Source: an uncultured virus (IMG/VR IMGVR_UViG_3300044646_001664) (Duplodnaviria; Heunggongvirae; Uroviricota; Caudoviricetes). Taken from it: DNA of 36,534 nt. Of the stretch, positions 1 through 7,637 are shown in pieces. The position numbers were made by a program, and so were the translations under genes. Below the pieces are notes generated by a model. That model was not told the DNA's origin. It saw nothing but the letters and a program-made list of their open reading frames with translations, and did not search any database. The stretch lies in IMG/VR virus record IMGVR_UViG_3300044646_001664. One strand, given 5' to 3'. How positions within the stretch are numbered: the first letter of the stretch is position 1; every line of letters begins with the position of its first letter.

Positions 1-1
1 A

Positions 2-142
2 GATAAATTTGCAAATATAGTTGATGGATATATTAAGAATAATAATAAAAAAGAATTTAAAGAAAAAGCATTATCGATTGGTTTAGAAAACTTTTCTATA
101 GATAAATTAAAACAAAAATACTTAGAAATTATAAACAAATAA
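2..142 (+). CDS. 3' end of a truncated gene, probably a GT-B/GT4 glycosyltransferase
   Basis: Open frame DKFANIVDGYIKNNNKKEFKEKALSIGLENFSIDKLKQKYLEIINK-TAA resembles the C-terminal helix of GT4 enzymes (..NFS.D.L...Y.E.I). Only 46 aa are visible. Confidence 0.45.
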   Translation, partial: DKFANIVDGYIKNNNKKEFKEKALSIGLENFSIDKLKQKYLEIINK

Positions 143-169
143 AAAAGCCAGCCTATCTCTAGACTGGCT
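140..169 (-). terminator. Intrinsic terminator between convergent genes
   Basis: Minus strand reads AGCCAGTCTA-GAGA-TAGGCTGGCT followed by a T-tract (10-bp stem with one G-U pair, GNRA loop). Confidence 0.8.
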
Positions 170-186
170 ATCTTATAGAAGATTAT

Positions 187-453
187 TTACTTCTTTTTAG
201 CAGCCTTTTTTGCTGGTGCTTTTGCAGCCTTTAAAGCCTTTGCAACCTCAGCAGCATCAGGCAAAATACCAAATGCCTTATCTGCAGGATTGAGCGCTCT
301 CAATGCAACGGGCGCTATAGCAGCAACAAGTGCAGCCCATAGATCCTTTGGATCTGTTACGCCTGCCATGTATAGTGCAAGACCTGATGCAAGAACTGAG
401 CGACCATATGACGCTAGCATTGCCTTTGTCTTATCATTAATTAAGTTATTCAT
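187..453 (-). CDS. Holin-like small membrane protein (88 aa)
   Basis: AGGAGG SD precedes the ATG at 453. Two hydrophobic segments (SYGRSVLASGLALYMAG; LWAALVAAIAPVALRALNP) and a Lys/Ala-rich tail, typical of actinophage holin-like proteins. Confidence 0.55.
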   Translation of the reverse strand: MNNLINDKTKAMLASYGRSVLASGLALYMAGVTDPKDLWAALVAAIAPVALRALNPADKAFGILPDAAEVAKALKAAKAPAKKAAKKK

Positions 454-461
454 TATTCCTC

Positions 462-620
462 CTAGGATATAATTTGTGTCATTGTTGTAAAGCCAATCCA
501 AATCCCAATAATTCCTGCGACTCCCGCAAAAACTGGTGGTGCTGGTACTGGCAATTTGAATGCAGCAAACACGAGACCGCACCCAAAACCTGTTAATACT
601 GAAAGTAATATATCTCTCAT
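462..620 (-). CDS. XapX/DUF1427-like small membrane protein (52 aa, absent from the ORF track)
   Basis: MRDILLSVLTGFGCGLVFAAFKLPVPAPPVFAGVAGIIGIWIGFTTMTQIIS has the LPxPAPP motif between two TM helices. ATGA overlap with the upstream gene. Confidence 0.75.
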   Translation of the reverse strand: MRDILLSVLTGFGCGLVFAAFKLPVPAPPVFAGVAGIIGIWIGFTTMTQIIS

Positions 621-1048
621 GTATTTTTTATTTCTGATTCACTTGGCAAAAACTTTTTTAAATCTTTATATGCAGAAGATATTTTTTTCATACCCACGTT
701 TAAAGGATTGCCTTCTTGTATAGAACTAAAATCATCAAAATAACTAATAGTTGGATCAACCTCTTCAACAAATTTGGTCAAACCTTTTTGAACATCCTCA
801 ATGTATGTAAAAGCCCAGTCACGAGAGTCTGATAGAAATTTAATAAAGTTTTCTCTGTGTATGTCATTATCAGTTAACTCTTGATTTGCTTTAATAGATT
901 CAGCATCTTGATTAAGTTTAAAGTTTTCTAAAAATAATTGAGCGGAAGTTAGACTAAGTTTTTTTAATTTATGCAATATCGCTAAATACGATATAGCAAA
1001 AGAAACAGACAACACTATAAAAAATATCAACAAACCATTTTGCATCAT
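617..1048 (-). CDS. Hypothetical protein with N-terminal TM helix
   Basis: 143-aa ORF with a hydrophobic N-terminus, translationally coupled on both sides. Confidence 0.7.
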   Translation of the reverse strand: MMQNGLLIFFIVLSVSFAISYLAILHKLKKLSLTSAQLFLENFKLNQDAESIKANQELTDNDIHRENFIKFLSDSRDWAFTYIEDVQKGLTKFVEEVDPTISYFDDFSSIQEGNPLNVGMKKISSAYKDLKKFLPSESEIKNT

Positions 1049-1539
1049 ACTACCCCCAATAAACTCTTCTCAATATGCGTTGCCCAATAGTATAAACATT
1101 TATCACAACAAGGTCTATTATACTCGTTCTTAGTGTCCATGTAAAACTCAGCATAGTAGATAGGGTCCTTACGATATAAGTTAGCCCTGTGAGTGATATT
1201 TACACGGTTTATGTGAGAAGGCTTGTTCCAGACTGGCTTACCAGTACCCCAAATCTGCCCACAAACAGCCTCTAGAGCCTCTATATTGGCTTCGTTCTTA
1301 TCTGTCCTTATACCCCTTGCCTTGGCCTCTTTAATCATGACCTTAGCATAGTTACGTAATGACCATTCAGCATTTTTCCACATCAATACCGCTGGATGAT
1401 TGCGCCATGCCCCTGATGGGGACTTTCCAGACAAAACCTTAAGTATCTGATAGGCTTCTAATATCTGTTTATTTAATCTTTTATTGTCTAATATTTCTGC
1501 ACACTGATCATAATCTTTATAAGGTAGGAAGGTTTGCAT
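1045..1539 (-). CDS. Pyrimidine-dimer DNA glycosylase/endonuclease V-like protein (MSMEG_6728-like)
   Basis: MQTFLPY...LDNKRLNKQILEAYQIL...WRNHPAVLMW and HRANLYRKDP motifs. Confidence 0.8.
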   Translation of the reverse strand: MQTFLPYKDYDQCAEILDNKRLNKQILEAYQILKVLSGKSPSGAWRNHPAVLMWKNAEWSLRNYAKVMIKEAKARGIRTDKNEANIEALEAVCGQIWGTGKPVWNKPSHINRVNITHRANLYRKDPIYYAEFYMDTKNEYNRPCCDKCLYYWATHIEKSLLGVV

Positions 1540-1769
1540 TACCTAATAGCCTCCCTAGTAATCATTACGATTGCCCCATTATCCTCTAAAGCCTTTTTTA
1601 CTCTTACCATATATTCTACAGCATGTCGCTTCTCTGTGTCAAATAGACGCATAAACATATCCTCATTAGCCTTAATGGTTATAAAATGTTCGTTATCAAT
1701 AATTTCTACCTTGAAATTTTTAGGGGCTGGAATAGAATGAAATGCCATTTTCATTTTATCTGTATACAT
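1539..1769 (-). CDS. Hypothetical protein
   Basis: Likely start MYTDKMK at 1769 (TAATG coupling). Stop overlaps the next start. Confidence 0.65.
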   Translation of the reverse strand: MYTDKMKMAFHSIPAPKNFKVEIIDNEHFITIKANEDMFMRLFDTEKRHAVEYMVRVKKALEDNGAIVMITREAIR

Positions 1770-1972
1770 TATTTTCTTCCCCATTGGATATAGTTCCAAC
1801 CACGCTCATGTGCGTAGTATATAAATATTTTAACAACCGTTTCCCAAAACGCAATTGTTACAGAAAGAGCAGCGTTTTTTGTTATAACATAGGCAACAAC
1901 AACAGATGAAAGAGTTCCCCATATGCGATAACTTACTGCTTTCGCAAATGATCTTGCTCTAGTTACTTTCAT
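1769..1972 (-). CDS. DUF2061 family membrane protein
   Basis: RSFAKAVSYRIWGT ... KIFIYYAHERGW ... WGR signature. Confidence 0.8.
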   Translation of the reverse strand: MKVTRARSFAKAVSYRIWGTLSSVVVAYVITKNAALSVTIAFWETVVKIFIYYAHERGWNYIQWGRK

Positions 1973-2040
1973 TATCTATATCTTCCTTAAACATACTTTT
2001 AACAAATCTATCTTCTGCATCTGCAATACCTTGGCCAAAA

Positions 2041-2799
2041 TTAAATACCCAATTCTTTACGCTTTTCAGTAGCCGAAATAGCATGAATCTTTGCCCCCAA
2101 ATCTACTTGTTCAATCTTGTATCCAACATCACGACCATAAACAATGTTTGTAATGTTAGGTAGTCTTAGTACTAATGCACCATCCATAAATTTATCCTTG
2201 GCAATATATTCTTTTACCTGATCAAATTTTAGTGGATCTTTCTCACTTGTGTTGTATGTATTTCGGACTCCAAGTAATACTTGATCAGTTCGTTTACCCG
2301 CTTCTTTGTATAAAGCATGATGACCTTCATGCCATGGCTGATATCGACCAAGCATTAACGTTGTTGGTGCAGACCAATCATGTAAATTAAACTTTTTAAT
2401 CAGGTAGTCTACCTCTTGTTCAACTGTGTAGTCTGCTGGAATCCTTGCATCAAAATCTGTTGGGTCTTCCCACATCTTGTTGGTATCTTCAAATTTACCC
2501 TGTTTAATTCGGTCTACCCAAACCAAAACGTCTGGCTTACCAAATGCTGCACGAGTAAGATTAGTTGGACAAATAAAGTCTACAATGACTGGAGCAACGT
2601 CTTGTTTAGAAATAACTCTAGCAATTTCTCCTAGCCTGCGTGCATGTTCAATTCTATTTTCTATGGAAAATCCAAGGTCAGAGTTAATAGTTGCTCTAAC
2701 TTCATCAGCATTAAGATGAATAGCATTAATGCGCTCTTTAAGTGTTTTTGCTAGTTCTGTCTTGCCAGAGCCAGGTAAACCAATAATTTGTATGATCAT
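2041..2799 (-). CDS. cysC: Adenylylsulfate-kinase-like domain fused to an HxGH nucleotidyltransferase domain
   Basis: N-terminal GLPGSGKT P-loop, NADEVR and DLGFSIENRIEHARR (CysC-like). C-terminal LGRYQPWHEGH and ISATEKR (cytidyltransferase-like). Confidence 0.75.
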   Translation of the reverse strand: MIIQIIGLPGSGKTELAKTLKERINAIHLNADEVRATINSDLGFSIENRIEHARRLGEIARVISKQDVAPVIVDFICPTNLTRAAFGKPDVLVWVDRIKQGKFEDTNKMWEDPTDFDARIPADYTVEQEVDYLIKKFNLHDWSAPTTLMLGRYQPWHEGHHALYKEAGKRTDQVLLGVRNTYNTSEKDPLKFDQVKEYIAKDKFMDGALVLRLPNITNIVYGRDVGYKIEQVDLGAKIHAISATEKRKELGI

Positions 2800-2800
2800 T

Positions 2801-3085
2801 TTATTTTTCCATTGTTAAAGATTGCCAAGTGATTGACCAGTCTTGTTTGGTTTTATGTTTGTTAAACTCTCTGGACACTTCTCCACCCTCTAAGTATACC
2901 CCACCCCAAACACCCCACTCTTTACCAGAAATTCCTACCGCAAAACATGTTTTTGCTACTGGACATTGCTGACACATTGAATCAACAATTGCCCTACCAG
3001 ATTCGTTGTCTTCATATTTATCAAAATAAATATTTGTATCAAGACCTAAACAAATTGCGTCATCTTTCCATAAATGCTGTTTCAT
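2801..3085 (-). CDS. whiB: WhiB family Fe-S transcriptional regulator
   Basis: W..DAIC...C..CPV...C four-Cys pattern and GVWGG motif. Probable start MKQHLW at 3085. Confidence 0.9.
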   Translation of the reverse strand: MKQHLWKDDAICLGLDTNIYFDKYEDNESGRAIVDSMCQQCPVAKTCFAVGISGKEWGVWGGVYLEGGEVSREFNKHKTKQDWSITWQSLTMEK

Positions 3086-3087
3086 AA

Positions 3088-3297
3088 TTACTCTCGATAC
3101 TTGTTTGGTATATCCCACCCATTACGACCAGGAGAATAAACTTTGTGGATGTACCACTTATCTTTAACTCTAATACCCATTGGAGATGTTTTTGCAATGT
3201 CAGATTCTTTTAAATCAATAACATCCCAACCATTCCAAAGTAAATTACTATTTTTGGAAATAATTTTTTCCATAGTATTCAAACTTCTAATAAACAT
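3088..3297 (-). CDS. Hypothetical protein
   Basis: 69-aa ORF with a G-rich SD-like tract upstream. Trp-rich (WNGWDV, NGWDIP). Confidence 0.65.
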   Translation of the reverse strand: MFIRSLNTMEKIISKNSNLLWNGWDVIDLKESDIAKTSPMGIRVKDKWYIHKVYSPGRNGWDIPNKYRE

Positions 3298-3306
3298 AAA
3301 TACCCC

Positions 3307-3657
3307 CTAGTATTTAAATATACCAACTTCTACATTTTTTAACTGTGCCTCTGAAACTAATTTTGAAGTTTTTTCATTAGGCTTACTTAAGAAAGCAAAG
3401 TAGTTAATTTGATCTAAATTTTCTTGCATCCAAACTGGAGCAACTTTATAAAATTTAATCTTTTTTCCTCTTGCTTTCATTCCTCTTTCAGATAAATTAG
3501 AAAACTCAGAAACAAAAGAATTTATTTTAGCAGGACCAGCAGAGTAAATTACAAACTCTGTATCGTCTTTATGCATGTTTGACATGGCAACACCCATAGA
3601 GCGAATGAATACGTTGTAATCATTAAACTCACTTGTGCCCTGAACTGCCACGATCAT
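3307..3657 (-). CDS. Hypothetical protein, possibly SLOG/DUF2493-like
   Basis: MIVAVQGTSEFNDY resembles the (V/I)AGSRxFxDY start of YspA/DUF2493 SLOG proteins. The family call is tentative. Confidence 0.45.
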   Translation of the reverse strand: MIVAVQGTSEFNDYNVFIRSMGVAMSNMHKDDTEFVIYSAGPAKINSFVSEFSNLSERGMKARGKKIKFYKVAPVWMQENLDQINYFAFLSKPNEKTSKLVSEAQLKNVEVGIFKY

Positions 3658-4048
3658 CTCTTTTTCCATCTCTTAAACTATCTAATATAAAAAGCATTTT
3701 ATCTAAGTCACCTTTTGATAAAGTACTAGTATCTATTGGTTTAGCGGTGTGGCGTTGTACCTCACCGTCTACAGCCTCTGCAACATAAAAAATATGATTA
3801 GATATCCAATATGCTTCGTTGCCTAAAACAATAACCTTAATCATACCCTTTTCTTTATGTTTTGTCAATTGAGAAAGGTTTTCTTGGTTATTGGATAAAT
3901 TCATAGAAAAAAATGATTTCAATAACCTATGCGTATCACTTTGTTTATGCAAGGTTCTTGAATAAGGTTTTTTCTTATTACTTTTACCTACTTTAAGTAT
4001 AAACCAAGCAAGAGCCAATGTCAAGCCTAAGACTATTAACTCTTGCAT
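3629..4048 (-). CDS. Hypothetical protein with N-terminal TM helix
   Basis: 139-aa ORF with hydrophobic residues 4-19. Confidence 0.65.
   Translation of the reverse strand: MQELIVLGLTLALAWFILKVGKSNKKKPYSRTLHKQSDTHRLLKSFFSMNLSNNQENLSQLTKHKEKGMIKVIVLGNEAYWISNHIFYVAEAVDGEVQRHTAKPIDTSTLSKGDLDKMLFILDSLRDGKRDDRGSSGHK
3996..4024 (-). promoter_or_regulatory. Sigma70/SigA-type promoter inside a CDS
   Basis: TTGACA-N17-TATACT on the minus strand. Confidence 0.6.
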
Positions 4049-4061
4049 TATTTAGACCCAT

Positions 4062-4220
4062 CTACTTTTTAATTGCTGGCTTTGCTTCTACTGAATCTTC
4101 AACAGACATAGTCCTATTTAACTTTATTTGCATTTGCAATAAATTAAACTCAAGATCTGAAGATTTTTGTCTATAAAATAAAACTAATTGATTTAATTCT
4201 TCAATATTTAAGTCCTCCAC
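4062..4220 (-). CDS. Small coiled-coil hypothetical protein (52 aa, absent from the ORF track)
   Basis: GTG start after AAGGGG. MEDLNIEELNQLVLFYRQKSSDLEFNLLQMQIKLNR... fills the gap between neighbours. Confidence 0.6.
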   Translation of the reverse strand: MEDLNIEELNQLVLFYRQKSSDLEFNLLQMQIKLNRTMSVEDSVEAKPAIKK

Positions 4221-4224
4221 TTTT

Positions 4225-4596
4225 TTACCCCTTTCTTAAATTAAATGGGCTATCTGCCCAAACCTTTTCTACTTGCTTTTTTTCTCTTTCCACAATTGCA
4301 CGGCTCCAAGAAAATCCTGCATCTCCACCCCAAGCATCCCACATAATTCTGCCATTAGAGGGAAATTCTGGACCATCATAAAAACCTTTGCCTTTTTTAT
4401 CTACTTCGTGACGGGAAAAGAAAGAAAACATTCTTTTAACAGTACTAAGAGACATTGCTGATCCATTTACAATATCAGTTGCACGACCCCAGCCTACTGG
4501 AGTTCCTGCGCTAGTTGCCTTACCATCTTCTTTCCACTTCAATGCACGACGAGCAGCAGCCTTCATACCAGAAGTAGGAGTGTATGTATCAGCCAT
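4225..4596 (-). CDS. Conserved phage protein (often found near head genes)
   Basis: GTPVGWGRA..I, SLSTVKRMFSFFSRHE and GRIMWDAWGGDAGFSW motifs. Start MADTYTP. Confidence 0.7.
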   Translation of the reverse strand: MADTYTPTSGMKAAARRALKWKEDGKATSAGTPVGWGRATDIVNGSAMSLSTVKRMFSFFSRHEVDKKGKGFYDGPEFPSNGRIMWDAWGGDAGFSWSRAIVEREKKQVEKVWADSPFNLRKG

Positions 4597-4699
4597 TTTT
4601 CTTATCCCGTTTTTGTTGTTTAGCAACACGTTTTTCTTTAAGAGTCATTTTAGGCTCTTTTTTTGTATTAGCATTACCCTTTTGTTCTTTATTTGCCAT
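4589..4699 (-). CDS. Very basic 36-aa peptide
   Basis: MANKEQKGNANTKKEPKMTLKEKRVAKQQKRDKKNG. AGGGG SD upstream; overlaps both neighbours. Confidence 0.5.
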   Translation of the reverse strand: MANKEQKGNANTKKEPKMTLKEKRVAKQQKRDKKNG

Positions 4700-4829
4700 T
4701 AGTTACCCCTGCCTTTGTTTTTGGATACGGACCAAGATCTGTTTTTATGGTGCCGTCTTTTCTTAAACGAACAATCCTACCATTTTTTATTTGAGTAGGA
4801 TTGAATGCTGTTGTTTTTTTCTTTGTCAT
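4689..4829 (-). CDS. Basic 46-aa hypothetical protein
   Basis: MTKKKTTAFNPTQIKNGRIVRLRKDGTIKTDLGPYPKTKAGVTNGK. TAATG coupling to the upstream gene. Confidence 0.55.
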   Translation of the reverse strand: MTKKKTTAFNPTQIKNGRIVRLRKDGTIKTDLGPYPKTKAGVTNGK

Positions 4830-5626
4830 TATTTCTCAAACCTTAAAGGATTAAAAGATCCATCCCAAATACTTTTTGTTGTAGATTGTGATTCTGACTT
4901 GTATGTACCGCCACGACGCTTATATTCTTGTACTACCCAAGAATTTGCTACTGCAGATGGATAAACGTCAAATTTATCTTTTGCTGCTTGCACAACTCTT
5001 GCATATAGTTTAGGATCTGATGGTGTTGATCCACCCCTACGTGGTTTAATAAAATCTCCATAGTTAGGTTTTGCTTTTGCCATTTCATTTTCCATTTCTT
5101 TTAGTTTGTTAACTGGAACGCAATTAGGAACCATGCGTCCACCTTTTTCTTTCATGCCACGTTGTTCATATCCAACCCAACATGCTTTTGTCATGTTATC
5201 CCACTTGTCTTCATCTTCATTATCTGAGTTGTAGGATTTACTTACCTGAACAGCATACATATTTTCCATATCAGATTGCGATGGCATTGTTGGAATACCA
5301 GTTCTATTTGATCCCATTTCTACAACCATGTCAACTGAAACAGATAGTGATTCAATTTTTATAACTTCTGACATGCGATGATAAAAAACATATGCCTGTT
5401 CTTCCCATGCGCCATCTTCTTCTTTATAAGCACGAACAATAACTGGTTTGTCATCTTCAGCATATTCCATTGAGTATTCAGAACCAGGAAGACCAAGTAA
5501 ACCAGGATTAGTCATAACATATTCAATACGACCAGCCATGATGCCATCATCCTCATGAACAAACATAACAAAGTCACCCTCTGCTACCATTGATTTTGAA
5601 ATTGGCACATTTTCATTTACTGACAT
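4829..5626 (-). CDS. Modular phage protein (SH3-like N-domain, CWxGY..VPNCVP motif, DUF5872-like C-domain)
   Basis: AGGAGG SD. Contains ACWVGYEQRGMKEKGGRMVPNCVP and DPKLYARV...YPSAVANSWVVQEYKRRGGTY. Confidence 0.65.
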   Translation of the reverse strand: MSVNENVPISKSMVAEGDFVMFVHEDDGIMAGRIEYVMTNPGLLGLPGSEYSMEYAEDDKPVIVRAYKEEDGAWEEQAYVFYHRMSEVIKIESLSVSVDMVVEMGSNRTGIPTMPSQSDMENMYAVQVSKSYNSDNEDEDKWDNMTKACWVGYEQRGMKEKGGRMVPNCVPVNKLKEMENEMAKAKPNYGDFIKPRRGGSTPSDPKLYARVVQAAKDKFDVYPSAVANSWVVQEYKRRGGTYKSESQSTTKSIWDGSFNPLRFEK

Positions 5627-5655
5627 AAAACCTCCTAGGCTATATATAGATTATA

Positions 5656-5991
5656 TCAGGCTTTAGGATTCAAAAGCCGTATGATTTCAAAAAGATTCCA
5701 CCTGTCTTTTTTAGATAAACCCTCTACTGCATCACGATCAAAAGCCTTTTTAGATAGGGTAATAATGGGTTCTGAAGCAAAAAAGTCTATCTCTAAAAAC
5801 CCTTTTTCCCATAATTTCATAACACAAGAGTTAACGTCTGTTATATGTTCATTGTATAGATCTGGCATAAGATTTTTAATCTTAGGAGTAAAAGAATATA
5901 AAAGTTCTCCAGTTTCTTGGTCAACCCCTACAGTTTCTAATCCACCATCAAGAATAAGTTTTTCAATCATTTTTTCTTCTTCGTTATTCAT
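5656..5991 (-). CDS. Hypothetical protein
   Basis: Probable start MNNEEE at 5991, overlapping the thioredoxin stop. Confidence 0.65.
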   Translation of the reverse strand: MNNEEEKMIEKLILDGGLETVGVDQETGELLYSFTPKIKNLMPDLYNEHITDVNSCVMKLWEKGFLEIDFFASEPIITLSKKAFDRDAVEGLSKKDRWNLFEIIRLLNPKA

Positions 5992-6241
5992 TTCCAATAA
6001 ACTCCAATAATGATTGTTTGGTCTGTGATCCAATTATTTTATTAATCTCTTTACCGTCTTCAAATAAAATAAATGTTGGCACAGAACGAATTTCAAAAGT
6101 TTTAGCCATTTCATTTTCTATATCTACATCAACTATTTGAAAAATACCAGGAAAGTATTCCCTATTTAATTCTTCAACAATTGGCTTTACTTTTTTACAA
6201 GGCTGACACCAGTCTGCCGTAAAGTAAAGTATTGATTTCAT
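5984..6241 (-). CDS. trxA: Thioredoxin
   Basis: FTADWCQPCK active site and the IRSVPTF cis-Pro motif. Confidence 0.9.
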   Translation of the reverse strand: MKSILYFTADWCQPCKKVKPIVEELNREYFPGIFQIVDVDIENEMAKTFEIRSVPTFILFEDGKEINKIIGSQTKQSLLEFIGNE

Positions 6242-6648
6242 TTGCCAGACTTTACTCTAGCCTTTTTTAATACTTCAAAATCTTTAATCTTGGTTTCGCC
6301 AAGGTATCCCCAAGCATATCCATCATTAATCATTTTATTATTAATAGACTCTGATTCTCCATTAATGTATAGCCAGCCAAGAATACGACCATACTTTTCA
6401 GATGAATTCATCTTTTCTGTACGAATAACTACAGACTTTGCATCCTTAAGTTGTTTCTTTAAATATTCTTTAGATTCAACACCAAGTACCTTTTCAACCT
6501 TATCTGTTGTACGTGATTCTGGAGTATCAATACCAGCCAAACGAACACGGGATGAGAATAGAATATCAAACCCTAAATCAATAATTACGTCAATAGTATC
6601 TCCATCAACAACGTTTTTTACTTCTTTAACAAAATACTCATACATCAC
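6238..6648 (-). CDS. Thermonuclease (SNase-like) protein
   Basis: VVDGDTID, RVRLAGIDTPE, KYGRILG and GYAWGY motifs. Confidence 0.9.
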   Translation of the reverse strand: MMYEYFVKEVKNVVDGDTIDVIIDLGFDILFSSRVRLAGIDTPESRTTDKVEKVLGVESKEYLKKQLKDAKSVVIRTEKMNSSEKYGRILGWLYINGESESINNKMINDGYAWGYLGETKIKDFEVLKKARVKSGK

Positions 6649-6902
6649 ACTGCCCCAATCGCTCTATTTTCAACTAACTTTTCACGCTCATCAAGAACCT
6701 CTAACATAAAAGACATCATCTTTGCATATGACTCAGGATTATTCATTATCTTATCGTAGTGATGACTACAAAACATTAGTTCTCCAGAAGCCCCTTTGAC
6801 TTTGACTAATGCTTGTGCTTGGCATGTATCACAACGATCTTTTGCATCTAAAACCCATTGCTTTGGCTTTACGCTTGGATGATCTTTTAATATGTTTGTC
6901 AT
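6645..6902 (-). CDS. Small Zn-binding hypothetical protein of actinobacterial type
   Basis: DRCDTCQAQA...LMFCSHH (C2-C-H pattern). Confidence 0.65.
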   Translation of the reverse strand: MTNILKDHPSVKPKQWVLDAKDRCDTCQAQALVKVKGASGELMFCSHHYDKIMNNPESYAKMMSFMLEVLDEREKLVENRAIGAV

Positions 6903-6917
6903 AGTACTATTATATCG

Positions 6918-7091
6918 CTACTTTCTGTTGTCTGTTGAATAAAATCCACTACCGTTGAAAATTGCAGTAGGAGCACTCCAAAGTCTTTGCATAGATTGAT
7001 TACAGCATACTGGATATTTTTCTTCATCAAATTTTTTTTCAAACTCAATTTGTGAAGAACAAACAGAGCATTTGTAATCATATCTTGGCAT
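6918..7091 (-). CDS. FmdB-like zinc-ribbon protein
   Basis: MPRYDYKCSVC...PVCC..M.R..S...FNGSGFYSTD. AGGAG SD precedes the ATG at 7091. Confidence 0.85.
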   Translation of the reverse strand: MPRYDYKCSVCSSQIEFEKKFDEEKYPVCCNQSMQRLWSAPTAIFNGSGFYSTDNRK

Positions 7092-7114
7092 TAATTCTCC
7101 TATAGTTATATCTA

Positions 7115-7143
7115 AGTATATCAAATAATAGGCAGTTTTACAA
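7115..7143 (-). promoter_or_regulatory. Candidate promoter for the FmdB-like gene
   Basis: TTGTAA-N17-TATACT with an extended -10 TG. Confidence 0.55.
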
Positions 7144-7157
7144 CATGCCTAGGTTGT
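7129..7157 (-). ncRNA. Candidate H-type pseudoknot (or terminator hairpin) 3' of hsp20
   Basis: ACAAC-C-TAGGCA-T-GTTGT-AAAAC-TGCCTA gives stem 1 ACAAC/GTTGT and stem 2 TAGGCA/TGCCTA. Confidence 0.5.
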
Positions 7158-7161
7158 TTAT

Positions 7162-7581
7162 TTATTTTATTTTAATTACTTTAGGTTTCTTGTCTTCAGG
7201 AACAATACGAACAATATTAACTGTAAGCATGCCATCCTTAAGTTCAGCACTAGATACTTCCATGTATTCACCAAGAGCAAATGTGCGAGTAAATTTACGA
7301 GCAGCAATTCCCTTATGAACAACTTCAGCATCTGTTACTTCTACTATTTCACCTTTAATTATTAATGTTCCATTATCTACTGAAACATTAATATCTGTTT
7401 TTGAAAATCCAGCAACAGCCAAAGATAATCTGTATGTATCTTCGTCTAATTTTAAGATATCGTATGGCGGATATGCCTGACGAGTTGCTAGATTGTGTAC
7501 TGTACTTAAACGGTCCAATTCACGATTGAAACCAATAAAAAATGGATCCTTAAAAAGATCCAATGCAAACGAACTTACCAT
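7162..7581 (-). CDS. Small heat-shock protein (Hsp20/IbpA-like)
   Basis: YPPYDI, LAVAGF, HKGIAARKFTRTF and AELKDGML motifs. Confidence 0.95.
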   Translation of the reverse strand: MVSSFALDLFKDPFFIGFNRELDRLSTVHNLATRQAYPPYDILKLDEDTYRLSLAVAGFSKTDINVSVDNGTLIIKGEIVEVTDAEVVHKGIAARKFTRTFALGEYMEVSSAELKDGMLTVNIVRIVPEDKKPKVIKIK

Positions 7582-7632
7582 TTTTTCTCCTTTTCAGCGA
7601 GTTAGTTTATGTATCCCCTGTAGGCAGATACA
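7582..7632 (-). promoter_or_regulatory. ROSE-like RNA thermometer candidate in the hsp20 5'UTR
   Basis: CTCGCT-GAAA-AGGAG hairpin sequesters the SD and has a bulged G. It is preceded by hairpin TGTATCT-G-CC-TACA-GG-GGATACA. Confidence 0.6.
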
Positions 7633-7637
7633 ATCTT

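Noticed and set aside
454..582. N-terminal extension of the 187..582 ORF
   Set aside because: A strong AGGAGG precedes the ATG at 453, and the extension overlaps the XapX-like gene in another frame.
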